The position numbers and the translations under genes were made by a program. Under the pieces are notes generated by a model that saw only the letters and a program-made list of their open reading frames with translations, was not told the origin of the DNA and made no database searches. Of a stretch of DNA of 64,000 nt, positions 18,212-26,728 are shown piece after piece. The stretch's first letter is position 1. Every line of letters starts with the position of its first letter. Source of the stretch: an uncultured bacterium (GTDB lineage: Bacteria > Verrucomicrobiota > Verrucomicrobiia > CAIQCK01); the NCBI GenBank assembly GCA_903870275.1, contig CAIQCK010000101.1, forward strand, positions 13,141 through 77,140. The letters run 5' to 3'.

Positions 18212-19648
18212 GTGCCCGACAATAGAACCGTTTTGCAGTCAGACCGTTTTACATTGAGTCGGCAGCCGCCGCGTTTTACTTTGGCGTGTGTGGCTGCTGG
18301 ACAACACAAAACACACGGCTGGAAAAACGAAATTTTGAGAACCCAACATCTTATCGCGGCTTGCGCGCTGTTGCTCGGCGCAACGGAAGTCTATCCCCAA
18401 AACAAAGCGCCCCAGCCCACGGTTCGGAGCGATTCGGTGAACCTCGCCGCAGCCTGCAACAACGACGGCCACGCCAAGCTGGCCAGGCACGAGTGGGACG
18501 GCGCGCTGGCCGATTTCAACCGCGCCATCGAACTCAATCCGCAATTGGCCGCCGCCTACTGCAACCGCGCCAGCGCCTACTACAACAAAGGCGACTACGA
18601 CCGCGCCTTGCAGGACTTCAACCGCGCCATTGCCCTCGACCCAAACTACAGCACGGTCTTCAATGGGCGGGGCTATGTCCTGCTCGAACAAGGCGACTGG
18701 AGCGGCGCGCTGGCCGACTTCAACCGCGCTCTCGGCCCCTACCCCCATGACGCCGCCGCCTACAATGGCCGCGGCAACGCCCGGCAAAATCTGGGTGACG
18801 CGGACCGCGCTCTGGCCGATTTCAGCCGCGCCATCGAACTCAATCCCAGCTACGCCGCCGCCTACAATGGCCGCGGCAATGTCAAATGGACCAAGGGTGA
18901 CTTGAAGGGTGCGCTGGCCGATTTCAGCAAAGCCATCGCGCTCAATCCGAAGTTCGCTCCGGCTTGCACCAATCGCGGCCATATCCGTCGCATCCAGGGC
19001 GACGTGGACGGCGCGCTGGCCAACTTCAACCGCGCCATCGAATGCAACCCGAAGTTTGCTCCTGCATACAACGGCCGCGGCAGCATCAAGTGGACCAGGG
19101 GCGACACGAGCGGCGCGCTGGCCGATTTCAACACCGCCGTTGAACTGGATTCCAAGCTCGCCTCCGCCAGCTTCAACCGCGCCAGCGTCTTCTACGACAA
19201 ACGCGATTACGGCCGGGCCATCCAGGATTACAACCGCGCCATCGAGTGCAACCCGAAGTTCGCCCCCGCCTACAACGGCCGCGGCAGCGCCAAGTGGGCC
19301 AAGGGCGACGTGAGCGGCGCGCTGGGCGATTTCGATACCGCCATCGAACTGGATTCCAAACTCGCCCTGGCCTACTGCAACCGCGCCGGCGTCTATTACA
19401 ACCAGCGCGATTACGACCACGCCGTGCATGACTACGACCGAGCCATCGCGCTCGATCCAACCCACGCCGCCTCCTACTATGGCCGCGCCGCCGTTTGTTT
19501 CGTCAAAGGCGACTATACGCGGGCACTGGCGGATGTGAAGACATGCCAAAAACTGGGCGGCCAAGTGGATCCCGCCTTTCTCGCGCAACTGATGCAACCG
19601 CCCAGCAAGGCGAAGAAGGAAGAGAAGTCAGTGATCAGTAATCAGTAA
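18212..19648 (+). CDS. TPR-repeat protein (secreted/periplasmic)
   Basis: At least 10 tandem 34-aa TPR units (..A.ADFNRAIELNP..A.AY.NRG...). A probable signal peptide (LIAACALLLGATEV) begins at in-frame TTG 18335; coordinates given are the ATG ORF. The last 7 codons are encoded by the CAGTG heptamer array. Confidence 0.8.
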   Translation: MPDNRTVLQSDRFTLSRQPPRFTLACVAAGQHKTHGWKNEILRTQHLIAACALLLGATEVYPQNKAPQPTVRSDSVNLAAACNNDGHAKLARHEWDGALADFNRAIELNPQLAAAYCNRASAYYNKGDYDRALQDFNRAIALDPNYSTVFNGRGYVLLEQGDWSGALADFNRALGPYPHDAAAYNGRGNARQNLGDADRALADFSRAIELNPSYAAAYNGRGNVKWTKGDLKGALADFSKAIALNPKFAPACTNRGHIRRIQGDVDGALANFNRAIECNPKFAPAYNGRGSIKWTRGDTSGALADFNTAVELDSKLASASFNRASVFYDKRDYGRAIQDYNRAIECNPKFAPAYNGRGSAKWAKGDVSGALGDFDTAIELDSKLALAYCNRAGVYYNQRDYDHAVHDYDRAIALDPTHAASYYGRAAVCFVKGDYTRALADVKTCQKLGGQVDPAFLAQLMQPPSKAKKEEKSVISNQ

Positions 19649-19687
19649 CCAGTGTTTAGTAATCAGTGGCCAGCGGCCAGTCGTCAC
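19627..19687. repeat. (NNCAGTR)x8-9 heptamer tandem array
   Basis: gtcagtg atcagta atcagta accagtg tttagta atcagtg gccagcg gccagtc. Spans the TPR gene stop and ends 20 nt before the membrane-protein ATG. Confidence 0.75.
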
Positions 19688-19706
19688 AAACAACCGGTAT
19701 TCGCAT

Positions 19707-20327
19707 TTGGATTCGTTCACTGTGAACAAGGCCAAGGTCATTCTACTCAGCATCATCGCCGCGTGCGGCTACGGGGTTGTCCACGACCAGATCACCGCCC
19801 GGCTCTGCATCGAGTATTTCACCGTAGCCCACCCGCCGCTGTTTCACACAACGTCCCCCACGCTTCTCGCGCTCTGCTGGGGTATCGCTGCCACTGCAGC
19901 CATCGGCGCTGGCTTTGGCATCGTCTTGGCATTGGTTTCGCAGTCCGGCAGTCCACCACCCTATCCAGTCTCGCGCCTCTTTCAAAATATTTTGCTTTTG
20001 CTCTCGGTGATGGCGCTATCGGCATTCATCGCCGCGGTTGCGGGCTATCAACTCTCGCAACGCGGCTTCCTTTCCGATCCCGCAGGTTTGATGGAGGCAA
20101 TTCCCGCCCACCAGCATCACCGCTTCAGGGCTGTCTGGTTCGCACACATCGCCAGCTACCTCGTTGGTCTGGGCGGCGCAACGGTTCTATGTTTGCGCGT
20201 GTGGCGCCAGCGGGGTTGCCCCTCCGTCATCTCACTTTTTCCCCGCACGCGCGCGGCCGCTATCCGCGCTGTCATCGTTGTCGCCATCGCCGCATCTATC
20301 GTATGGATTTGTTTTATCGCTCACTGA
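19707..20327 (+). CDS. hypothetical integral membrane protein (5-6 TM)
   Basis: 206-aa ORF with several hydrophobic helices. No family recognised. Flanked by oppositely oriented CAGTG/CACTG heptamer arrays. Confidence 0.5.
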   Translation: MDSFTVNKAKVILLSIIAACGYGVVHDQITARLCIEYFTVAHPPLFHTTSPTLLALCWGIAATAAIGAGFGIVLALVSQSGSPPPYPVSRLFQNILLLLSVMALSAFIAAVAGYQLSQRGFLSDPAGLMEAIPAHQHHRFRAVWFAHIASYLVGLGGATVLCLRVWRQRGCPSVISLFPRTRAAAIRAVIVVAIAASIVWICFIAH

Positions 20328-20387
20328 GCAACCAACGAAAGCACCCACCCATGTGTTGTTGCAAACCGCCGTCCTGCCCCTTTCCGC

Positions 20388-20425
20388 TTACTGTCCACTG
20401 TTCACTGACCACTGATCACTGGCCA
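20388..20425. repeat. (CACTGNN)x5-6 heptamer tandem array (inverse orientation of 19627-19687 array)
   Basis: ttactgt ccactgt tcactga ccactga tcactgg ccattcc. Lies in the convergent intergenic region between the membrane-protein gene and the gluconolactonase gene. Confidence 0.7.
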
Positions 20426-20430
20426 TTCCC

Positions 20431-21333
20431 CTACTTCGCCTGATTGGCGCCTTTGACGCGCATGCGGATGGAGTAAAAGCCTTTGCTGGCAGTGATGAAA
20501 AGAGTGCGCTTGTCCTTGCCGCCGAAACAAAGGTTGGCGGTCCACGGCTCCGGCACGTCTATGTGCTCGATCTGTTTGCCCGTGGGGTCGAAGACGGTGA
20601 CGCCTTTGCCGGTGATGTAGATGTTGCCCTCGTCGTCGAGCGTCATGCCGTCGGAGCCGGGCCGAAACAGCAGCGTCTTGTTTGTGAGCGAGCCGTCGGG
20701 CTGAATGTTGTAGCGGTAGGTCTTCCGGTCCTGGATGTCGGCGACGTAGAGGGTCTTGCCGTCGGGCGTGCCGATGATGCCGTTGGGCTGGACGAGGTCG
20801 GTGGTGATGCGCACGAGCTTCTTGCGGTCCGGCGTGAGGTAATAGACCTGCTGGCTGTCCTGCGGCATCTTGTCGTGCTTCCACCACGGCCGCTTGTAAA
20901 ACGGGTCGGTGATATACATCCCGCCGTCGGGCCGCACCCAGACATCGTTCGGGCCGCACAGCAGCTTGCCCTCGTAGTCCTTCACGAGCACGGTCACGCT
21001 TCCGTCGGGCGCGATGCTCCACAGCTCGTTCTTCTCGTCGGCGCAGGAGATGATGTTCCCCTGCGCGTCGAAATACATGCCGTTGGAGCGGCCGGCCGGC
21101 TGTTTGAACGTGGTGAGTTTGCCGTCCACGCTCCATTTCATGATGCGGTCGTTGGGCTGGTCAGTGAAGAAGACGTTGCCGGCGGCGTCGCAGGTCGGCC
21201 CTTCGGTGAACTTGAACTCGCCGGAGAGTTTCTCCAGTTTAGCGCCGGGGGCGATGACGCTCTCCGCGCCGAAGAGCTGCGCGCCGGCGATAAGGCAAAG
21301 GGTCAGTGTGGCCAGCAGGAGTTTGGTTTTCAT
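20431..21333 (-). CDS. SMP-30/gluconolactonase/LRE-like beta-propeller protein (secreted)
   Basis: Signal peptide MKTKLLLATLTLCLIAGAQLFG at ATG 21333. SGL-family motifs ..FTEGP..D..GN..F.D, ..PNG.. and ..D..GN.Y.T. The ORF extends to 21495. Confidence 0.75.
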   Translation of the reverse strand: MKTKLLLATLTLCLIAGAQLFGAESVIAPGAKLEKLSGEFKFTEGPTCDAAGNVFFTDQPNDRIMKWSVDGKLTTFKQPAGRSNGMYFDAQGNIISCADEKNELWSIAPDGSVTVLVKDYEGKLLCGPNDVWVRPDGGMYITDPFYKRPWWKHDKMPQDSQQVYYLTPDRKKLVRITTDLVQPNGIIGTPDGKTLYVADIQDRKTYRYNIQPDGSLTNKTLLFRPGSDGMTLDDEGNIYITGKGVTVFDPTGKQIEHIDVPEPWTANLCFGGKDKRTLFITASKGFYSIRMRVKGANQAK

Positions 21334-21486
21334 GATGAACTTCCTCGCGTTTTCAACTGTCGGGCAACCGCGCAAACCATAAGCACGCCGTTCGCCGCCC
21401 GTCGAGCGCATTCCAACTCGTGGCAGGCCAAACGGTGAGTTCGAAATTCCACGACGAGCCGGAGGATTTAAGGTAGGATTCTCGTT

Positions 21487-21993
21487 ATGCGCCACGCCAT
21501 CACATCCATTTTACTGGCACCGCTGATTCTTATTCAAGGAACCACCTTGGCCGCAGATAACGCCGCCGACCAAGCGACGGTGCAGTTCATCAACCAACAG
21601 GCGTTGCGATGCATGACCAGCATCAAACTCGAGCTGGCCGGGTTGAGCAACCGGTGTCCCGCCTTCAAAACCATCGTCGCCGAACCGATGGACGCCGCGA
21701 AACCCACCGGCAAGAATGCGGGCTGTAGCATGAATTTCTGGCATCAAATGCATTACGTGGATGGCAAAGAGGTGCTGGATGACAGCGGAGTCCGCCTCGC
21801 CGTGGGCATCCGGGAACACATGCCCAACATGCAGACGACCCAACGGTATCGGGCCACCGTCGGCAAAAAACGAGTGACCGCCTATTATCACCTCGAGCTC
21901 GGCCAAAATCTGAAAGATCTGGAGGCGCCAATCAAGGCGATCCTCGACAGGAACTTGCAGCAATTCTGCGCCCTGGCGGAAAAGATGAAGTGA
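21487..21993 (+). CDS. secreted hypothetical protein
   Basis: 168 aa with N-terminal signal peptide (ILLAPLILIQGTTLAA). No recognised family. Confidence 0.45.
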   Translation: MRHAITSILLAPLILIQGTTLAADNAADQATVQFINQQALRCMTSIKLELAGLSNRCPAFKTIVAEPMDAAKPTGKNAGCSMNFWHQMHYVDGKEVLDDSGVRLAVGIREHMPNMQTTQRYRATVGKKRVTAYYHLELGQNLKDLEAPIKAILDRNLQQFCALAEKMK

Positions 21994-22003
21994 TGAGGCG
22001 GGG

Positions 22004-22046
22004 ATTGGAGATTGGTAATTGGTGGCCGGTAATTGATTGTTGGTGA
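22004..22046. repeat. (NNATTGG)x6 heptamer tandem array
   Basis: ggattgg agattgg taattgg tggccgg taattga ttgttgg, immediately after the stop of the 21487..21993 gene. Confidence 0.6.
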
Positions 22047-22109
22047 AAGGCGGAACGCCATCTGTCAGGTCTGGCCGGATAAAACGTGACGGACCGCATC
22101 CTCGACCGT

Positions 22110-22808
22110 TCAAAAAGCCTCCCATGGCGGTTCGTAATGAATAAACTCGTGGTGTTCGCCAATCGTCGCCTCCCAGAAAGGGCACCACATCAAGTCAATT
22201 ATGAACGCCGGAGGCACTAACACCTGCGCTGGATATCCCCACCATTCTCTGTAGTCACGACGCATGTGCGTGCCTGGAATAACCTGCAAGTGGATGTTCT
22301 TGCCCATTATGACGTAAGGAATTGTCTGGCCCATTGCGAAAGTGGATGCGTTCTTCCTGAAATTCGGTGGAATCTTTTCGAGCGCCATATTCTCACGGCT
22401 GATGCCATCGGGGACAACCTCCCAGACTTTGTTTCCACAACAATCAGCCGATATCTGGATGGTGGGCGGATATTGCTGTCCCGGATTCGTCAGACGCGGG
22501 TGAGAGTCATACTCCCGCCACGTTTTCGTTCTATAGATAGAGCTTTCAACACCAGAGCGGGAAGCAATTACGTATTTGTTACACCTGAAGATCGGGTTTC
22601 CATTTCCAGCAGCGATCCCAAACCTGGCTTTCACGGCAATTGCTCCATCCTCTGCCACAATCACCGAATCTTTGGCCAGAATGTCGCTATTAAGATATTC
22701 CATGCGTTTGCCCGCGACTGTCACCGCCTTCGTTGTCATGCACCCGCTAGTGATGACGGACAACAGCACCAGACCAGCGATCCTCAGCCAAGCCTTGTTC
22801 ATTTTCAT
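22110..22808 (-). CDS. hypothetical lipoprotein
   Basis: Signal peptide with lipobox-like LLSVITSGC at ATG 22808 (MKMNKAWL). About 230 aa, no family recognised. The ORF extends to 22877. Confidence 0.5.
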   Translation of the reverse strand: MKMNKAWLRIAGLVLLSVITSGCMTTKAVTVAGKRMEYLNSDILAKDSVIVAEDGAIAVKARFGIAAGNGNPIFRCNKYVIASRSGVESSIYRTKTWREYDSHPRLTNPGQQYPPTIQISADCCGNKVWEVVPDGISRENMALEKIPPNFRKNASTFAMGQTIPYVIMGKNIHLQVIPGTHMRRDYREWWGYPAQVLVPPAFIIDLMWCPFWEATIGEHHEFIHYEPPWEAF

Positions 22809-23061
22809 GGGTGTTGCTCCTGATGGTTCCACAGGGAAAGGCGCGGCTAAGCCCGGCGTATAACGGAGAATTTCCAAAGTCCATCGTGATCCGTTTCCGG
22901 TGATAAGACCGGACCGCCGGGCCGGCCAAAATAACGACTCGGCGCGCCCAGCGGTCGCACCCTACCCGTGTGCCAGGCGTCCCGCCTGTCCTACTCTTTC
23001 CTCTGGAATTTGCCGCCGGTTCGGAGACATATTGTCCCCGTCATCGAAAGGAAACCCGATA

Positions 23062-24510
23062 ATGAAGAAACGCGGCTCCAACCATCCGACGATTTCCAAC
23101 TCGTCCGTCCATCCGTCCGCTTCGCCGCCTTCCCCTGCTCTCTCGCGCCGGCGGTTTCTCGGCTTCGCGGCGGCGGCGTGGGCCACAACCAACATCGTGC
23201 CTGCGCGCGTACTCGGCGCAGACGGCCAGACACCGCCAAGCGGGCGGCTCAGTCTCGCGGGCGTCGGCGTCGGCGGCGTCGGGTTTCCCCAACTTCAGGA
23301 TTTTGAGAAGGCCGGCTTCAATATCGTCGCGCTCTGCGACGTGGACGACGTGTATGCCAAAAAAGCCTTCGACAAATGGCCGCAGGCGCGCCGTTACCGC
23401 GATTACCGCGAGATGCTTCGCGCCGAGGGCGACAAGATTGACGCGGTCCACGTCGCCACGCCCGACCACACGCACGCGCTGGTCACGCTCGCCGTGCTGC
23501 GGCGCGGCAAGCACGTCTGTTGTGTGAAGCCGTTGACCCGCACCATCCACGAGAGCCGCGTGATCGTGGAGGCGGCGCGCAAGGCCGGCGTAGCCACGCA
23601 GGTCACCGCGCAACCCAATACCAGCGAGACCGCCTGCCGCACGTGCGAATTGATCCAGGCCGGCGCCATCGGCGCGGTGCGCGAAGTTCACGTCTGGTCC
23701 AACCGCCCGCTCTGGCCGCAAGGCATGCAGCGCCCGCCGGGCGAGGACGCCGTGCCGGACACGTTCGATTGGAAAATGTGGCTCGGCCCCGCGCCGCAGC
23801 GGCCGTTCAAGGACAAGTGGCCCGACGGCAGCTACGCGCTCGATCAGGTGAAGGCGGCGGGCAAGAAAGGGCCGTCGGTCAAGGCGGTGTATCATCCGTG
23901 GAATTTTCGCGGCTGGTGGGATTTCGGCACCGGCGCGCTCGGCGACATGGGCTGCCATTACCTGAACACGCCGTTCCGCGCGTTGAAGCTCGCCCATCCG
24001 ACGCGCGTGCAGGCCAGTGCAACGCAGGTGTTCGCCGAGACGGCGCCACTAGCAGCGGTGGTCACGTATGATTTCCCGGCGCGCGGCGAAATGCCGCCGC
24101 TGCGCCTGATCTGGTATGACGGCGGTTTGAAACCGCCCGCGCTGGGCGATTTCGAAGGCCGCCCGCCCGACGGCGGCGCGCTCTACATCGGCGACGAGGG
24201 CAAGATGCTCGGCACGACGGTGCTGCCCGGCTCGCGCGCGACGAAGTTCGAGAGCCTGCCCAAGACCCTGCCGCGGCGCGGCGGGACGTGGGCGGAGTGG
24301 TTTGAAGCCTGCAAAGGCGGCGAACCCGCGGGTTGCAACTTCAACTGGGCCGGGCCGCTCACGGAAACGGTGTTGCTCGGCAACATCGCCATCCGCACCG
24401 GCAAGCGGCTGGAGTGGGACGCCGCGCAGATGAAATTCACCAACGACGAGCCGGCGAACGCTCTCGTGAAGGAATCCTACCAAAACGGCTGGTCGCTCGA
24501 CCCGGCGTGA
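23062..24510 (+). CDS. Tat-exported Gfo/Idh/MocA family oxidoreductase
   Basis: Twin-arginine motif RRRFLGFAAAAWA. NAD(P) Rossmann GVGGVG. Gfo/Idh/MocA motifs (..DAVHVATPDHTH.., ..GKHVCCVKP..) and a C-terminal alpha/beta domain. AAAGGAAA RBS before ATG 23062; the ORF extends back to 22900. Confidence 0.8.
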   Translation: MKKRGSNHPTISNSSVHPSASPPSPALSRRRFLGFAAAAWATTNIVPARVLGADGQTPPSGRLSLAGVGVGGVGFPQLQDFEKAGFNIVALCDVDDVYAKKAFDKWPQARRYRDYREMLRAEGDKIDAVHVATPDHTHALVTLAVLRRGKHVCCVKPLTRTIHESRVIVEAARKAGVATQVTAQPNTSETACRTCELIQAGAIGAVREVHVWSNRPLWPQGMQRPPGEDAVPDTFDWKMWLGPAPQRPFKDKWPDGSYALDQVKAAGKKGPSVKAVYHPWNFRGWWDFGTGALGDMGCHYLNTPFRALKLAHPTRVQASATQVFAETAPLAAVVTYDFPARGEMPPLRLIWYDGGLKPPALGDFEGRPPDGGALYIGDEGKMLGTTVLPGSRATKFESLPKTLPRRGGTWAEWFEACKGGEPAGCNFNWAGPLTETVLLGNIAIRTGKRLEWDAAQMKFTNDEPANALVKESYQNGWSLDPA

Positions 24511-24755
24511 CGCCCGCGGGCGAGTCGTGGGTCTCTTTCTAATTGTGGCGGCGGTAGCCGACCACGAAAGGCAGGGTCGGACCGCAGGGCCGGCCGAAAG
24601 CCCCGGCAAAGAGGAAGCGATGCCGATTTGAGAACGTTGCGGCGCGCCCAGCGGTCGCGCCCTACCAGTCTACCCCAACAGGGTGGGAATCACTCAGCCC
24701 GGCGTCGTCTGGCCCTCCGGCCTGCGCCTTTTTTGAAAATAATAGACAATTTCAC

Positions 24756-24783
24756 TTGACATGATAGCATAAATCTCTATATT
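24756..24783 (+). promoter_or_regulatory. near-consensus sigma70 promoter (TTGACA-16-TATATT) with AT-rich UP-like tract
   Basis: TTGACA 24756-24761, 16-nt spacer, TATATT 24778-24783. Preceded by ttttttgaaaataatagacaatttcac. Conspicuously AT-rich in a 62% GC genome. Fires toward the structured leader and the 25426 Gfo/Idh/MocA gene. Confidence 0.5.
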
Positions 24784-25425
24784 CTGTCCCCAGCGTCGAA
24801 ACGGACCGCTGGGCCAACGCCCGCCGTCCGGCGCGGCAAAAGACCATCGGAGAACAAAGAGACAGCCATGAGGACAGGGAATACCAAAACATTGGCGCCG
24901 AAACAGATCGAGGCCAACCGCCACAACGCCCTCCAATCCACCGGCCCGAGGACGCCGGCGGGGCCGCTGGAGCAGACGCTGGTGGAGCATACCGTTGCCA
25001 TGCTGAGGCGGTCGCCACGGGGCGGAAATCATATATGCTCGTTTCCCAAAACGAACCCATATGACGGCGGCTTCGAAAACCGGAAAACCTCGTTTTCCAA
25101 TTGGAATCGGCGTTTTTCGATTCCGGGGAGTGTGAAAAACAACAACCTTTTTTACGAAACGAACCCAAATGAATGGGACCCATTTTTGCCGCACATCGGG
25201 CGACAATCCGGCTTGCGGCCATCGCGCGCCCGGCGCCGCTTGCCACAAGTCAGATGGTCAGCCCCGAAAGCTCCGACAGGAGTCGCGAGTCCATCCCAGA
25301 CTTTCGGGGTCAGAAACCGCCGCCACAGCCAATGCCCCCGCGTCCGCTGATACCTCAGTAGTTCTCGACCGCCCAACGCACGCCGTGGTATGTCTGGAGC
25401 CGAAGCGGTTTCGCATCGGACCATC

Positions 25426-26718
25426 ATGAAACAACTCTCACGGCGCGATTTTGTGAAGGGCGCGGGCGCGGCGCTCGGTTTTCCTTTTCTCGTTCCATCC
25501 TCCGCGCTCGGTCTGGGCGGCGCGATCGCGCCCAGCGAACGCATCACAATGGGCTTCATCGGCGTCGGCGGCCAGGGCGGCGGCCATCTGCTCGGCGGCG
25601 CGTGGACCTACATCCCCGGCGGTTACAGCGCGCGGCCCGACGTGCAGGTGCTCGCCGTTTGTGACGTGCGGCGCGAACGCCGCGAGCGCGCGGTGCAGCG
25701 CGTGAACGAAAACTACGCGCAAACGCCCGGGCGCAGCGGCGGCAAGCCGTGCGAGGGGTATGTGGATTTCCGCCAGGTGCTCGAGCGCGACGACATTGAC
25801 GCCGTGCTCATCGCCACACCGGCGCACTGGCACGCCATCATGGCGATCATGGCGGCGGAGGCGGGCAAGGACATCTATTGCGAGAAGCCGTCGGCGTGCA
25901 CCGTTCACGAGGCGCAGGCGATGGCCGCGGCGGTGCGGCGCTACGGCCGCGTCTATCAAGCCGGCACGCAGCAGCGCAGCGAATACGGAGGCAAGTTCCG
26001 CCGGGCGTGCGAGTTTGTCCGCAGCGGGCGCATCGGGCGGTTGAAAGAGATTTACGCCTACCGCGACGGCGGCGCGATCCGATGGCCGGTGCGGTTCGGC
26101 GCAGGCCGGCCGGTGCCGGACGGGCTGGACTGGGAACTCTACCTCGGTCCCGCGCCGTGGCTCCCCTATGACGGCAACGTTGGCTCGCACCGGTTCGACA
26201 TCGGCGAACTCAACTGGGGCCAGCACCACTACGACATCGTGCAGTGGGCCGCCAACGCCGACGAGACCGGCCCGGTGGAGTTGTTCATGGACGGAGATCG
26301 CACCGCCTATCGCTACGCCAGCGGCGTGACGGTGTTCGGCAAACCATACCCCGGCGAAAAAGTCGGCGGCAACGGTGGCGCGTGCTTCGTCGGCACGAAC
26401 GGACGCATCGCCGTGGACCGCGACAATCTCGTCTCCGATCCACCCGACATCGTGCGCGAACCGCTCCGACCCGACGAGACGCATCTCTATCACTGCGATA
26501 GCCACTCCGGCAATTTTCTGGAATGCGTCCGTACCCGCCAGCGCACGATCTGCCACGAAGGCGTCGCGCACCGCTCATCGAGCGCGCTGCTGCTCGGCGG
26601 CGTCGAGAAACAGTTGCAGCGGCCGTTGAAGTGGGATCCGCAACGCGAGCAGTTCGTCGGCGACGACGAGGCCAACCGCCTGCTCTCCATCGCCCAGCGC
26701 CCGCCGTGGCACATCTAA
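25426..26718 (+). CDS. Tat-exported Gfo/Idh/MocA family oxidoreductase (paralog)
   Basis: Tat motif SRRDFVKGAGAALG. GFIGVGGQGG Rossmann. ..DAVLIATPAHWH.. and ..GKDIYCEKP... ATG at 25426; the ORF extends back to 25390. Confidence 0.8.
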   Translation: MKQLSRRDFVKGAGAALGFPFLVPSSALGLGGAIAPSERITMGFIGVGGQGGGHLLGGAWTYIPGGYSARPDVQVLAVCDVRRERRERAVQRVNENYAQTPGRSGGKPCEGYVDFRQVLERDDIDAVLIATPAHWHAIMAIMAAEAGKDIYCEKPSACTVHEAQAMAAAVRRYGRVYQAGTQQRSEYGGKFRRACEFVRSGRIGRLKEIYAYRDGGAIRWPVRFGAGRPVPDGLDWELYLGPAPWLPYDGNVGSHRFDIGELNWGQHHYDIVQWAANADETGPVELFMDGDRTAYRYASGVTVFGKPYPGEKVGGNGGACFVGTNGRIAVDRDNLVSDPPDIVREPLRPDETHLYHCDSHSGNFLECVRTRQRTICHEGVAHRSSSALLLGGVEKQLQRPLKWDPQREQFVGDDEANRLLSIAQRPPWHI

Positions 26719-26728
26719 GGAACCGACG

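Noticed and set aside
18239-19597. 452-aa minus-strand ORF antisense to the TPR gene, and many similar long antisense ORFs (e.g. 31634..33481, 25438..26571, 26285..27580, 34063..35187, 35635..36954, 37253..38314, 42661..43794, 45259..46470, 46896..48014, 47974..48735, 49067..50131, 50192..51817, 53613..54611, 54621..55577, 62192..63118, 62841..63818, 14108..15373, 20563..21438, 5977..6858, 7339..8295)
   Set aside because: High GC content suppresses stop codons on the non-coding strand. These ORFs have low-complexity Arg/Ala/Gly/Pro-rich translations and no motifs, and in each case the opposite strand carries a gene with clear family signatures.
17031-22046. Possibility that the heptamer arrays are a CRISPR array
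   Set aside because: The units are 7 nt with no unique spacers of 25-40 nt and no cas genes are present. The periodicity and degeneracy are microsatellite- or REP-like instead.
24868-25350. 160-aa ORF in the long leader upstream of the second Gfo/Idh/MocA gene
   Set aside because: Only the first about 45 codons look protein-like. The remainder spans an AT-rich, hairpin-rich island with repeated motifs and atypical codon usage. Treated as a possible short ORF or non-coding leader in the findings rather than as a CDS.
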